DNA from: Gonapodya sp. JEL0774
Lineage: Eukaryota
Reading direction: 5' to 3'
NCBI GenBank assembly: GCA_027604505.1
Contig: JADIIX010000134.1
Span: 1-63,118, forward strand
DNA length: 63,118 bases
Shown piece by piece: positions 22,785-35,088 of the stretch. Each line of letters starts with the position of its first letter. Position 1 is the first letter of the stretch. Below the pieces are notes generated by a model. It was given only the letters and a program-made list of their open reading frames with translations, had not been told where the DNA came from and searched no databases. Position numbers and translations under genes: made by a program.

Positions 22785-25539
22785 CTAAGCTGAGGGATTA
22801 ATTTTGAGTGATACATATGTGAAGACTAAATAATTGAGCTCCAAGACATCTGTAATTCCAAGATGCAGTGCCTCGCGATACCACATTGGAGCTTCGTGTA
22901 GATCTCTCGCGGCACTGCTTCGAAGTGATATCCGTAAAGCAGCTTCTGCCTCAATGTTACCCTGATCTGCACTCTTCCGATACCAAATCGCTGCTTTCAC
23001 AGCATCCGGCTTCTCAACATTTCCAAGCTCGTAAAACGATCCGATTTTCATCTGAGCCACTTCGTGTCCCTGTTTCCCCGCCCTGCTGTACGCCCGGAAA
23101 GCCGCTGCAAAATCTTTTTCGACCCCCCACCCGTTCTCAAAGCACTTTCCGAGTGCGAATTCGATTTGGTGATCTGCAGCCTTGGAATACAACAAAATAG
23201 CTTGGTCGAGGTCTTTCGGTACCCCAAAACCATTCTCATACGCGAAAGCCAGATTCGCCAGTGCGTCCCCATTTCCTTGGTCGGCAGACTTCCAAGCCCA
23301 CGAAATAGCGTGTTCCGGGCACTGCTCAACGCCCCAGCCTTTGTAATAGTAGATCGCGAGACTGTTTTGGGCATCTGCATTACCTTGCTCCGCTGCTTTG
23401 GTGTACCATTTCGCCGCTTCAGCAAGATTCTTGCGCACACCCCACCCATTCTGGTATGCTGCAGCCAGATTACTCTGTCCTACTGCATTACCCTGATCTG
23501 CAGCTCTTCGGGTCCATTCTAACGATTTTGCAAAGTTCTGTTTGGCACCCTCGCCACGTCTATAGCAGCATCCTAGATTCACCTGTGCATCCCCATACCC
23601 CTCCGCCGCCGCCCTTTTGTACCATACGACGGCTTCCGCAAGATCCTTGACGACTCCCATGCCTATGGAGTAGCAATATCCCAGGTTGAACTGTGCGGCT
23701 GGATTACCCTGGATCGCAGCCTCGTGGTACAGCCTCGCCGCCTCCGTGACATCCATTTCAACACCTTCACCGTGCTGATAGCAGATACCAAGATTCACCT
23801 GAGCCTTGGCATCTCCGAGGTTAGCAGCTTTGCGATACCATTCAACAGCCACAGTAAGATCCTTTGGGACGCCGATCCCCATGTGGTAGCACACTCCCAC
23901 ATTGAAATGTCCTTTTGCGCATCCCTGATTCGCAGCTTCCTGCCACCACAGCAGTGCCTCATATAGGTCCACGTCTGTGCCATGACCATACCGAAAGCAG
24001 ACCCCAAGGTCGACTTGGGCGTCCACGAGACCTTGGATGGCAGCCTTCTTACACCAGTTGAAAGCTGAGACAAGATCCCGTGGAAGCTGTCCGAGACCGT
24101 TGGTGTAGAATATAAAAAGCTGATACTGCGACTGTGCGTGACCATACTCGGCGGTTCGGGCGTATAACAAGGACGCTTTGTCGAGATCCTGTGTGCAGCC
24201 AGTACCCTTGCGAAACGACTCGGCTTGTAAGAAAAGCTCGACATATCCACCTGTCCAATCTTGTGAGCCGAAATCAATGACAGTATCCGTCTCTACTGAT
24301 CGGGGGGAGCTGTTCAGCACATACTCTAAGGTTGTGTTTGATGAATGGTGAAAGCAGTTTCTCGACATACATATGGCTCGACAAAATCTTGACGATCTCA
24401 GTAAACGGTGGGCGATTAACAGCAACGGCATCCCAACATCGACCCATGAGAGACTCGAGAAATTCGGGCATGTCGCACTCCGAGGGAAGTTCAGGACGAC
24501 GGTGAGGAGGGTAGCATATTTCCTCAAGAAGAGCATTAAACTTCCGTTCTGAAAGTTCGAAAAACGGTTGTCTTTGAGTCCAGAGCTGATTACACCCGGA
24601 ACAAATCCGTGTATCAAAGAAAAGACAAGGGAGCGACCTTTTAGCAACGGACAAAGCAGTTGTGGACGGACTCTTACCGCGTACATGACCATAGAAAATG
24701 CATACACATCATCGGCTTCTGTGGTCCCTTCCTCACGCAATCGCTCTGGGGACATATACCGCGCGGTGCCAATCCGGTCGCCTGTGGCGTTCGTGAGTGG
24801 AGCCAAAACAAACTTTGACGATCCGAAATCCCCTAAGAGTGCTCGCTTTGATTTGTTGATGAGAATATTCCCGGGTTTGAGGTCGGCGTGGACAACACCA
24901 TATCTGTGAAGGTCGCACATGCCCTTGGCTACGTCGAGAAGCTGGAGACAAAGACACGGAGACAGTGTGTGGGGGAAGAGTTTTAAGGGTGGAGTAGTTG
25001 GCATGTTGGCAAGTGACACTTCGATGCACAAGAAGGAACGGATTGAGAATGAGGAAGCGCCCAAGCGCCAACTTACAATCCACAAAACTTCTTTCCGGTA
25101 AGCGGATTCGTCAGACTTGAAAGGTTGGAGGTATTCTGCCGCGTTGCCATTTTCGAGAATTGGTGATATGAATGCAAAGGTGTTGTGGTGCTGGTAAATT
25201 CCATACAGGTTGATTACATGGGGAGATATCAAGTTGTACCACAGGGTGGCCTCGTTGTTGAAGGCCTGTTTTCTCAGTTGCGGAAATGCTTTTCTCTTCG
25301 AGCTATCAAAGACGTGAACTTAGGACGATAATACGTACCTTTCTGTCGTAATTTTTGTCCAGTCGAGCTGTTTTGACCGCCACGTCCAGGAATCCGAGCC
25401 ACCTTCCTCGATACACGACTCCAAAACCTCCCCCTCCAAGAACGTCGTCAGGGTTGAACTCGAGATCGGATTCATTTATATTCCACATTTCGGGTATCTC
25501 GTGGAGAGTCCTATTACGTACAGAGCAGACATAACACAA
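22785..25539 (-). CDS. Tyrosine-kinase-like (TKL) protein kinase with about 12 C-terminal Sel1-like repeats
   Basis: LGGGGFGVVYRGRW..VAVK, HADLKPGNIL, DFG, GTARYMSPE, DVYAF and CW..RPPF across exons. ~36-aa repeats AQ.NLG.CY..G.GV.KD..EA..WY..AA.QG at ~22930-24240. 5' end and start codon not resolved. Confidence 0.9.
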
Positions 25540-26447
25540 GAAGATGTGACAAGCAAATCTGGCTCGAACCTGGTTGCAGAGACAGTACTTGTGAGTTGTT
25601 CGTTTCTGTCTGGAACGGTTTGCGATTCACAGGATCCATCGCCGAGATTATCAGCATCACGTTCTTGGTGGGGAGCCTTGCGAGAAGTGAAAGATCACGG
25701 TAAAATATGCTTCAACTTCGAAGGCGGCGGGTATTCCGTTCTACACACGTCAAGATTCCTGGCTTCCATAGCTGCAACAGATTTTCATTCGAGAACGGTG
25801 GTGAAGTTTTCACAGGGTGCTGGCGCCGTTTTGCCCGTTTGGTCTGGCCAGTTCCCTGAGTGGGTTCCCGGCAGGGAGACCTTGTCGCCGAACTTATGTG
25901 TTTGTTATGGTAAAATATATAATACGTACACCCTCCAATTTCCTCGCCTCGCGGCCAACTGTGTCGCTGCACTAGTACGGACTCTTCGAGTCAAAGAGTT
26001 CTCCTCGATTGATGTCACACGCAGTTTTCTGGTACCTATATGAATTATGGGGTCCTCCTGGCACCCGATCAGGCAGCAAAACGACAACATGAACTACCCT
26101 GGCTCAGCTCCCTCAGTTCCAAACGTAGCACATTGAATTACTCTCCGTCTGCAACTTCGTAACGCAACATCTCCATTTGTCGCGCTTTTGTGGATGCAGA
26201 GCATCATGGACCGTGAACCCGGAGGCGGATGCGTGAAGACGCGCATACATTTAACATGAAGTGCAAACAAAGCATATTGTACGAAATTTAGAGTCTTCCT
26301 GAAGCCTTCCATTGTACGGCAAGCAATTTTATCTGCGTGATCATATGAGCGACAATGAGGCCACAGTCCGGTCGGTTTCCGCTTCAGTCCCGAACTTACC
26401 GATCTTCCGAGTTTGCGCAGGTTATTGCAAAATTCACAAACAGCAAG

Positions 26448-29129
26448 ATGGTCGTGCTAGGTGGACCGATGCCTCTGGCAGATGCCGATAAAGCGCTCTT
26501 CGGGCCACTCGGAGAGCAGCTTGGATTCCGTCGCAAGAAGATTGTTCTCCCTTGGACAACCGAAGGCGATTCCAGTTGAGTTTAATTCTGCGGCCGGCAA
26601 ATTTTCTTACTCTCTTAACCTACCGCTAGTTTAGTTCGCCAGCCTCCTGATGATGATCCGACAGTCGAGATATTTGAGGACGGTTTGCCCAGCATGAGAG
26701 CTGTTTGGGAGTACATTGTCGCAACATACGCCAACGATCCCAAAGAGCGCGAATACCGTGAGCTGTGATGATTGTCAATCCTGATTCCGGAACGAATCCT
26801 CACAACTATCCACGACATTCAGTGGTTTACCGGGATGAAGCTCAGAAGGAGAACGTCAGATTCACATACGGCCAAGTGGCGCGGATGGTGCAACAAATAG
26901 CGCACTCGCTCATCGGGATGGGAGTTAAAAAAGGGGACAGAGTCGGGTTGGCTATGAGAAACTATCCTCCCTGTGAGTTCCTATTTTCTGTCCTGGACAA
27001 TCGGAAGTGAACATTTGTTAAACACACGCAAATTCCCTCATAAGATATTCCAACTTGGTGGGCTTGCGCGTGTATCGGTGCTGTCGTCGTACCTCTCAAT
27101 GCCTGTAGGTGTTTGCTGTATTATTGACAGACTTGAGCTGTCCACAAACACAAACTGTCGAAATCAGGGCTCACCAAGCCCGAACTCGAATGGTGTATCA
27201 AGGATGCTGGCTGCAAAGTTCTTCTCATCGACCAAGAGCGGCTGGAACGTCTCGGCGGGCCCACGGGTGCTGGATTGGGGGACACATACACTGTGTGTAG
27301 AAAGCCAACCTTTAATTTCGATACTCAAATTACTCATTCATTCTCCCATGGCCTTAGCCTAAAGGCCCCGTCACTCAGTTTGTCCTCGTTCGCTGCCCAG
27401 TGTCCCCCGCGATCGCAACCACACTTCAACGGGCAGCTATCAAAGCCGCACCATTCCACCACCTTCTCGACGACAACCATCCCCGATCTCTGCCAAATGT
27501 CGAAATCGGCCCGATGGACAACTTCCAAATTCTCTACTCCAGCGGCACTACAGGTCACCCAAAGGTAAGTTGCACGTTGATTCATTGACAGTCAATTACG
27601 TTTAACAGGATTGTCTAATCAATCCTTCCAGGGTGTTCTCCACTCCAACCTCCAATGGACCCAGCTGCAAATGAGTGGCCGATACGGAGCTCTCCGTATG
27701 GCCTTGCGACTCGGAATGGATGTTCCCGTTCCTGCCCCGGGTGAAGCGCCTGTACTCCCACCCCAATTCACGTGGTTCTTGCCAGTGCCACTGTAAGTCA
27801 ATCTGTCTATTATTGATTTGTACCCTTGATTGCTGATGTTTGTCCAGATTCCATCTCACTGGTCTATCCTTCTCCCTTGGCGCGGCATCTGCGGGCTCGA
27901 AGATTATTTACGTGTACAAATGTATGTAGTTTGTAGATTCCTCTCTAACCTCTGTCCCTAACTTTCCACTCCACAGGGGATGCCGCCGAGGGCATCGATA
28001 TCATAAAAGACGAGAAAGTGACGCACTTCATGGGAGTTCCCACAATGTCCCTGCAAATCCTCGAAAGTCCGAACTTTTCTGTGGACAAGGTCAAATCGCT
28101 CATCTCTCTGGGCTACGGTGGCGCACCAGGACCAGCCGCACTGAGATCCCGGGCGAAGGCTGCCTTCAAACAGGACGGTGTCGGGGAGCCTTCCAACGTG
28201 AGAGCTTTCGAAAATCAATCGTTGCTTAGTCCCGTCCGTTTTTGTTGACTGTTTCTGTTCAGGTATACGGTGCCACCGAGTGCTTTGGTGGTGCTTCCAA
28301 TACCGGTCCAGACTTTGAGGCCAAGCCAGACTCGGTGGGACGTCCGATTCCCCTTCACCGCGTGGAGATCCGCAACTCAGAGGGCCGTGTTCTACCCATT
28401 GGAGAAATTGGGGAGATATGGATAAAATCAAACGGGGTGGCGAAGGGTTACTGGAACAACGCAAAGGCAACGCAAGCGTCATTCCAGAGGGGCTGGTACC
28501 TCACGGGTGATGTCGGTGAGATGATGTCCCCTTCCTTCAGTTTTAGTGAGATCAAGAATGCTCAAGACAACTCCCTCCTTCATCGGAAAGGCCGCCTCGA
28601 TAGCGAAGGATTCCTATACCTTCTGGACCGATCTAAAGATATGCTGATTCGTGGTGGAGAGAATGTATACTGCTCTGAAGTGGAAGCAGCGTTGATTTCC
28701 CACCCGGATGTGATGGATGCGGCAGTGTTTGGCATCCCTCATGTAAGAAAAGATGACGTGCACGGTGCTCATTGCGGTCTCACACAATTAATTTCCTGCT
28801 ACAGCGTATGATGGGTGAGGAAGTTGGTGCTTGTGTCCGCATTGTGCCTCAGCGTTTTGGCAAAGTTACCACGGAAGAGCTTCGGTGTGTGGTCATAACT
28901 TTATGTTCCTCGTGCCTTCGGCATCAACTAATTTATTTGTTGCTCATCATATCGTAGCGCACACTGCGCTGCCCGTATCGCCAAATTCAAGGTCCCTGCG
29001 TTCATTCACTTGGTGAACGAAGCCCTTCCCGCCACACCAAGTGGAAAAGTACTCAAGCGGGAGCTGAGAGGAGTGGTAGGGAAGTTGGCAGCAGAAAAGC
29101 TCGGTGGAGAGTTCGCCGCTAAGTTGTAG
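26448..29129 (+). CDS. Class I adenylate-forming enzyme (long-chain acyl-CoA ligase-like) with PTS1
   Basis: GDRVGLAMRNYP, ILYSSGTTGHPKG, VYGATE, GWYLTGDVG, DRSKDMLIRGGENVYCSEVE and TPSGKVLK motifs over many exons. C-terminus ..EFAAKL*. Confidence 0.9.
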
Positions 29130-29470
29130 TTGTCCTCGTTTTTTATGTTGGCTACTTGCCGTTGAAAAACACTGGCGAATGGCGAGAGGTTATGTGCAGC
29201 CCAGGCTTTCACTTGAAGTTATAGCCGTGCACGCAGGAAGCTCGCTTCATTTACAGACCCAGCTGTGACACAGGCTGTGCACATTTCAGGGTGCGACAAC
29301 ACCATGAGCTTTTCGCTCTCCACAGTCGCTGGTGCATGTCAGTCCATGCTCCTTCTTGATCAGCAAAATAGGGTCCCCCCCAGGTGGTAGGTACATAAGA
29401 TAACAAGCTGTCGAATTCAAGACTAATAGTATGGATGCACTGCATCTCAAAAATAAGTCGGGGAAACATT

Positions 29471-30871
29471 CTACCGATTCACAATAAATTCACCGAAGGC
29501 AGACCAAGGTAGTCTTTCCTCCGTTATTCCACCAGCGCCACTGACGTCATAGACCATGTCCGTGATACCACATTCCCTCATTTCGCGTTTTGTCTCTTCC
29601 AGGAATAGACGTACTCCAGGAGAGAGTCCGTCAGTATCACCCTGCCAAACAACGATAACACGTTTCACTTGAAAGATGGCTGCATACTGACTCCAGCCTT
29701 TTACCTGGGTGCGTAGATGGGGTGCGCCGGGTTTCTGATGGTCTAGAAGCTCCGAGGATAGGTTGAGGATCAACTCCTCCAATGCCATAAATCCCTGGCT
29801 CAAACATTTAGCCAATGCTGGAAGGCCGACTGCGAGAGAATCTGATAGCTGTGCCTGGCAATGAAAGCGACGCATCATGGGGAACTGACGCAGCACTCCT
29901 TTCGCGCCAGGGTAAAGACGGCCATTAGAGCTGACCAGGGGATTAAGCCAAGGCGCTCCAAATTCGTGAAGGTTTCGAAAGAGGTGATCGGGCGACCGGT
30001 CAAGAATACGGATAGGACAGTGATAAGGGATGGCGTGGGCTGTAATGCTGACTGGATCGTAGCGGAACTCGTAGATATTCACTGTAGCGTCCGAAACAAT
30101 AATGTCATTATCCATGGCGAGTCCCATTGTTTGCGCCGCGTACGCTCCGTTCAAGTGTAAACCTGTTACCCCCGGACTTAACCGAAGAGGGTGAACAGTC
30201 TTCGAAGCGTCTGTGCCCGAATATTCCTCATTCCCCAAAACGCTAAATTGGATTCCGTCGCAACCAGCAGCAAAGAGCCGCTCCGCAAACGCAGTGTCCG
30301 TGTTGAACCGCAGCGGTGCAAGGATGCGAATGCAGCTCGCGAGAACACGAACGTCCTGATCAGATATATAGGTCACAACATCCCCGTGGCATGATATGTT
30401 TGTGAACCGGAGAGCTAGCGCGGTGCCCGGCAGGCCGATGGATTTGCAAACCACTTCTTTCAATCGTGTCGCCATAGCTTTTCCATCGTTGTCTCCAACA
30501 GGGCTTGGCCAATATTGAACGATTTGGACATGTCCGGCCACTACGTGAGGACCAGGGCCTTCGGCCCTTCTATCGATACTAGTTCGGTCTCGGGCCCATC
30601 GTTCTACCGGAGTCTCCACCAACGTGAAATGCGGGAAGAATTTCACTGCTGTCAATGACCTCCGCATGCTGTCCTCGCTGACTTCCAAATTTTCCAAAGC
30701 GTTTAAGCATCGCTTACGAAAGTTAATTTCCACGCTTAACGGTATCGATTCGTGTGCAGTGTGGGAGACCAACCTCCACTTTTTAGAGACACGCGGAAGA
30801 ACAACGAAAAAGGGCTGAGGAGGAACATACTGAAAGACCGCGCGCAGCAGTTCGTTCGGTAGGCCCTCCAT
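29471..30871 (-). CDS. F-box protein with uncharacterised (possibly LRR-like) C-terminal region
   Basis: MEGLPNELLRAVFQYVP..FFVVLPRVSKKWRLVS is an F-box consensus. Single long ORF. Confidence 0.75.
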   Translation of the reverse strand: MEGLPNELLRAVFQYVPPQPFFVVLPRVSKKWRLVSHTAHESIPLSVEINFRKRCLNALENLEVSEDSMRRSLTAVKFFPHFTLVETPVERWARDRTSIDRRAEGPGPHVVAGHVQIVQYWPSPVGDNDGKAMATRLKEVVCKSIGLPGTALALRFTNISCHGDVVTYISDQDVRVLASCIRILAPLRFNTDTAFAERLFAAGCDGIQFSVLGNEEYSGTDASKTVHPLRLSPGVTGLHLNGAYAAQTMGLAMDNDIIVSDATVNIYEFRYDPVSITAHAIPYHCPIRILDRSPDHLFRNLHEFGAPWLNPLVSSNGRLYPGAKGVLRQFPMMRRFHCQAQLSDSLAVGLPALAKCLSQGFMALEELILNLSSELLDHQKPGAPHLRTQVKGWSQYAAIFQVKRVIVVWQGDTDGLSPGVRLFLEETKREMRECGITDMVYDVSGAGGITEERLPWSAFGEFIVNR

Positions 30872-31049
30872 CTGATTTGAGTATGTTACCTGGAAAAGAC
30901 AGGTATTTATCGGATTTCCACTCCGACGAAGGCCAAACCCTTTTCTGCACGTACTGTAACATACATAATACAAAAACTCATGGGTTATCTACCGCAGCAA
31001 GTGGAATGTATATCAGGGAAGATTTTCAAAATGTGTGATTTCGAAGATT

Positions 31050-33497
31050 ACGTTTGTGTTTTTGATATTTGTTCTCGCCAGCCCTCGCAAGTTTTGCCTG
31101 TCACTGAAGCCTCTTCCTCTTGGTCAATCTTTCATTGACGTTTTCCGACCGTTTGAGCCCCAAACCCCAATGGCCCGTGGGGGATTGTATCCACACCACA
31201 TCGATGTAAGCAAGATCGTCGTCAGAGGTCGCGTCCATATCAATCGGATCATTTTCAGATATCGCGTCCACGTCAATCGGATCCTCGCAAATATTTGTTG
31301 TATTTACCTCCGCGACTTCATGCGTCTTTTAGCGGCTGGTGTCATGCTTGGCAGGTATTCCGGGTTGATGGTCTTGGCAGGAAATTTGTCATCACCGCGG
31401 TGATCGTACTCGTCCTGCAAACTCTCCAACATTCTACAGTTCTTTTCAGCTGAAAACTCGTCCACGGATATGTTGTTTTCCATTCCTTTATCCACAACAT
31501 CAGGAGAGGCCTCCGAATCCTCAACGGAATGCTTGCCATAGTTTTTCGCATCGTCCACAAACCTTGCAAGGACAAAGATCGCTTCATTAAAGGTCATGGC
31601 AAGTTCTTGAAAGGCGTTTCGCTCGGCAGTAAGACAGTTATTGCACTGTGCGCCGTTTTCAGCGATAGGTTCGGAAGCCAGTTGTGAAAAAAAGGCAACA
31701 ACATGCGACACGAAATTGAGACAGCGTCTTGGAACACAACTAACAGTTCTGAGATGAGAATGACTCATTTGAAGCTCTTGGTTGCTGCCCCACAAGGTAC
31801 CGATCCGCGTTTGTTGCTGCGTGATGTGTTGGCTTGATGAATTCGTCTCTTTCACTAAAAGTAGTGGGAGCTTCTCCGTCGATCGATTGGGTGCCACTTT
31901 GGTCGTGAGTTGACTGGCTGTGACTTGGGTCTTCGCATTGCGTTGATTGATTCTATCCTCGTTTGTAATCTTGGGTTCGGTGGACGCGGAAGATAATATC
32001 TTGACCGGAACATGTTTCGCTATAGGCTGCGTTGGTTGGTCTGGTGGAGACGACAATAGGTGTTCCGGTCTCCTCGCGACGCGTTTCTCTGTGGGCATTT
32101 CTTCGGCGACAGTTGTTTCCACAGATCCTCTTCCGATAGCAATTTCCTGTGCAAAGTTGCTGGAAACAGTTGAGTTCGCTAATTTTGTGGACGGTGTGTT
32201 CCCCGGAGGAGTTTCATCCACCACAGGGTTCGGCACCAACGCCGGTCGCCATGACTGATAGCGGTTTCCAAACATAACCACCGAGGAGTCTGCCGTAGAT
32301 ATCTCAAAGCTGAGCGGCATGGGGCCTGGTTTAACGGTGACGATTCTGGGAATCACTGAGTGATCATCGCTCCCGTTCACGTTGCGAGACGGTGGAAGAA
32401 AGTCATCCGCGACATCCACTGCGAATGCCGCGAGTCCAAGGTCATCAAGAGGTTTTCCGAGGCCACTTTCCGAGGATTAACGTTCGTGATTCTGCCATCA
32501 GGTTTCGCACTTGGGTGCCAATCTTCGCGCGAAGGAGGAATGCGCTTGATACTCAGCTTTTGATGAGGGAGTGTGATCGCAGACCTTTCATATGTATTGC
32601 TGGGTGAGCCCCCGCTGCGAGTTTGGCTTGCAGTCCAACGTCTTGATGATTCACCCTCGCCGTTCCCACTCTCACGTGAACGCTGCGTCGCCCTAAAGCC
32701 TGGGCCCCAATTACCATTAAATGCTGATCTACCTCCATTTGTGCGAATTGATAGCGTCCCAGGTGAGCGAAAGACTGAGCGAAAACCGTGTGGAACTACT
32801 CCATTCTCACGCTCTGCTATATGCACTCTCCCTGCGTTATGAGCTCGTGAAATTTGACTTCGCAAAAGGCGCTTGTGTTCGGAAGCACGGACTTCATTGA
32901 CAGTTGTATGTGAAATTGGTGCAACATAACGCGGCAAGTTCGCGGCATGCGTTTGCCGTGACGATTTAGCAGCAAGAACAAAGGGGTCGTCGATGCGGCA
33001 GCTCAATGTGGTTCCTGGAGTACCAGTTACTACTTGATGCTTGCTGAACTTTGTGTTTTGGAAGTGTTGTCTTCATTGCCACGAGTCGAACGCAAACTAG
33101 CGAAACTGTGCTCCTCAGCGCAGGTCTCGTTTATATGAAGGCTCTCGCCTTGAGTGCCTAGCTTGCTCGGTTTCGCATTCCCGCTACCTCCCGGATCAAA
33201 CTTCAAATCGAACTCGAAAGGAAATCCTCCCTCCACTCCCTCTGCCCCAAACTGCTGTGATGGCACGTTGCCTACAGAGGGCAGATTTCTCAGATGTCCC
33301 ACGCTCTCGGCACAAGTTCCCGCAGGAGACAGTTGTCGTTGGCTGCCGTAAAGCGGAGGTTTGGAGCCATCGTCGTCTTGGCAGTGTTTCAGCCCGTGAA
33401 ATTGGGGCATGAGTTTCACAAGGCAGCCTGGAGCGAGTCTTGGTTTGGTGTTAAGGGTTGGAGGTTCAGGTAGTGAGTCCGACGCGTGGTCTATCAC
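31050..33497 (-). CDS. Hypothetical low-complexity protein (multi-exon, boundaries uncertain)
   Basis: Consecutive minus-strand ORFs (33030-33497, 32377-33006, 31304-32419) with disordered composition. No family recognised. Confidence 0.4.
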
Positions 33498-33607
33498 CTC
33501 CCACTGACAAGTTCGTTATATGTAAACGAAATGTAATGAACAAGATCGTTTGAGCAGGAAGTTCTCGTACTACTGTAATGTAACATCAAGCACAAGTGTA
33601 ATGTCCG

Positions 33608-34854
33608 TTATATCTGAACCGTTCTCCCTTCTGCGGAGCTCTGAATAGCCATCTCAATGATTCGAACAACAAACGAAGCTTCTTCAGCGGTTACTGGTGG
33701 CACGCCGTGACCCTTGAGAGCTTGCTCCAATATCCTGTAAAACTCCGTGTGCAATTTTGGTGCGACATTTGGGAATACTTCACGGACGAGACCTCCCTCC
33801 CCACTGGTTGTGAGCACACCATGACAGGTATCGGGCTCCACTCCAAATCCAGGGTCGGTGATCTTAACGCCTGCTACGAGTTGGGGCTCCTGAGGATCAA
33901 CGTGGAGTTTGCGGTAAGAACCTCGGTCTCCTCGCATAAAGTAACGAGGTTGGTCCAATTCTGCACTCAGCACAGATGCAGAGGCCGTAACGCGAACTCC
34001 TGATGGGAAAATGAGGTAAGCTGTGAACGAATCACCGGCTGCTTGGTGTCCTGATGCTGCTCCTGACCGCTGATTGTAGAGGAAGGCCGTTATTGTGGAG
34101 GGCTTCCCAAACAAAAGAACTGCTTGATCGAACAAGTGAGGCCCGAGGTCGTACACGGCCCCGTTTCCTGGCATATCGGCCACTTTCCAGGGAGCACGGA
34201 CGCGAGGGGAATAACGGTCAAATCTGGTGTCAAGATCCAGTGGCCGACCGAGGAGGCTTGTAGAGAGGAGGTGCTGAAGGGTGAGAAAGTCGGTATCCCA
34301 ACGGCGATCTTATGGTTTCGGGTGCATAACCCCGAAGACTGGATTAACGCAACACCTTATGTGAAGGGAGTCACGCAATCTTACTATGGTATGGCACAAG
34401 TAGCCTCCCTTTCGTTTTCGAGATGCTTTCGAGCTCCAACCCTTCTACCTCGCTTGTTGTGAAGGGTTTTTCAACGACAACGTGCTTGCCTGCCTGAGTT
34501 TAAAAAGACGAATTGTGGAGAACAGTAATCAGACGGTTGCAATCGTTTGTGGGAGTTCGCTCGGCGGTAAGAGATCCAACGGACCTCTAGAGCAGCTTTG
34601 GCGATTTCGAAATGAGAGGTTGGGAGAGTGCAAACGATCACCACATCCACGCTTGCGTCTTCCAGTGCACCTTTGTAATCTTTCCACACGATCGCATCGG
34701 GGTGGTCCTTCTTTGCGTCGTTTTGAGGTGTCGGTGATCGCTGAACGATTCCATACAGCCGAAACGACTTTATGCATCCAATGTGAGGGATGTGAAAGAC
34801 TTTTGCCGAAAGGCCGTAACCTATTACTGCGAAGTTGATAGGCGATCCGGCCAT
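33608..34854 (-). CDS. Gfo/Idh/MocA family NAD(P)-dependent oxidoreductase
   Basis: INFAVIGYGLSAKVFHIP, DVVIVCTLPTSHFEIAKAALE, KHVVVEKP, NRRWDTDF, YDLGPHLFDQ and DPQEPQL. Confidence 0.9.
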
Positions 34855-35088
34855 CAGAATGAGAAAAGCAGCGATGACCGGTTATTACATATAATCAACA
34901 CTCCTATACAAATACACATACGGACACGCCTCACGAACTCCTTTGAACCAAGGTCCACAGGAGGGTGATCGTCGAATTTATATAATACGAAGTGGGTAAC
35001 AAAGTTTCTTTCCATATTTTTACGCAGTGTACAAGTGTAGAGATTTTCTTTCTATTCAAAACGGCGTGATTTGGTAACTTCATTCGAC

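Noticed and set aside
24310..24680. Apparent broken kinase C-lobe or pseudogene in the 815-aa ORF
   Set aside because: The ORF reads through introns. Splicing (GTAAGA..CAG and GTATGT..GAACAG) restores subdomains IX-XI in frame with the Sel1 exon.
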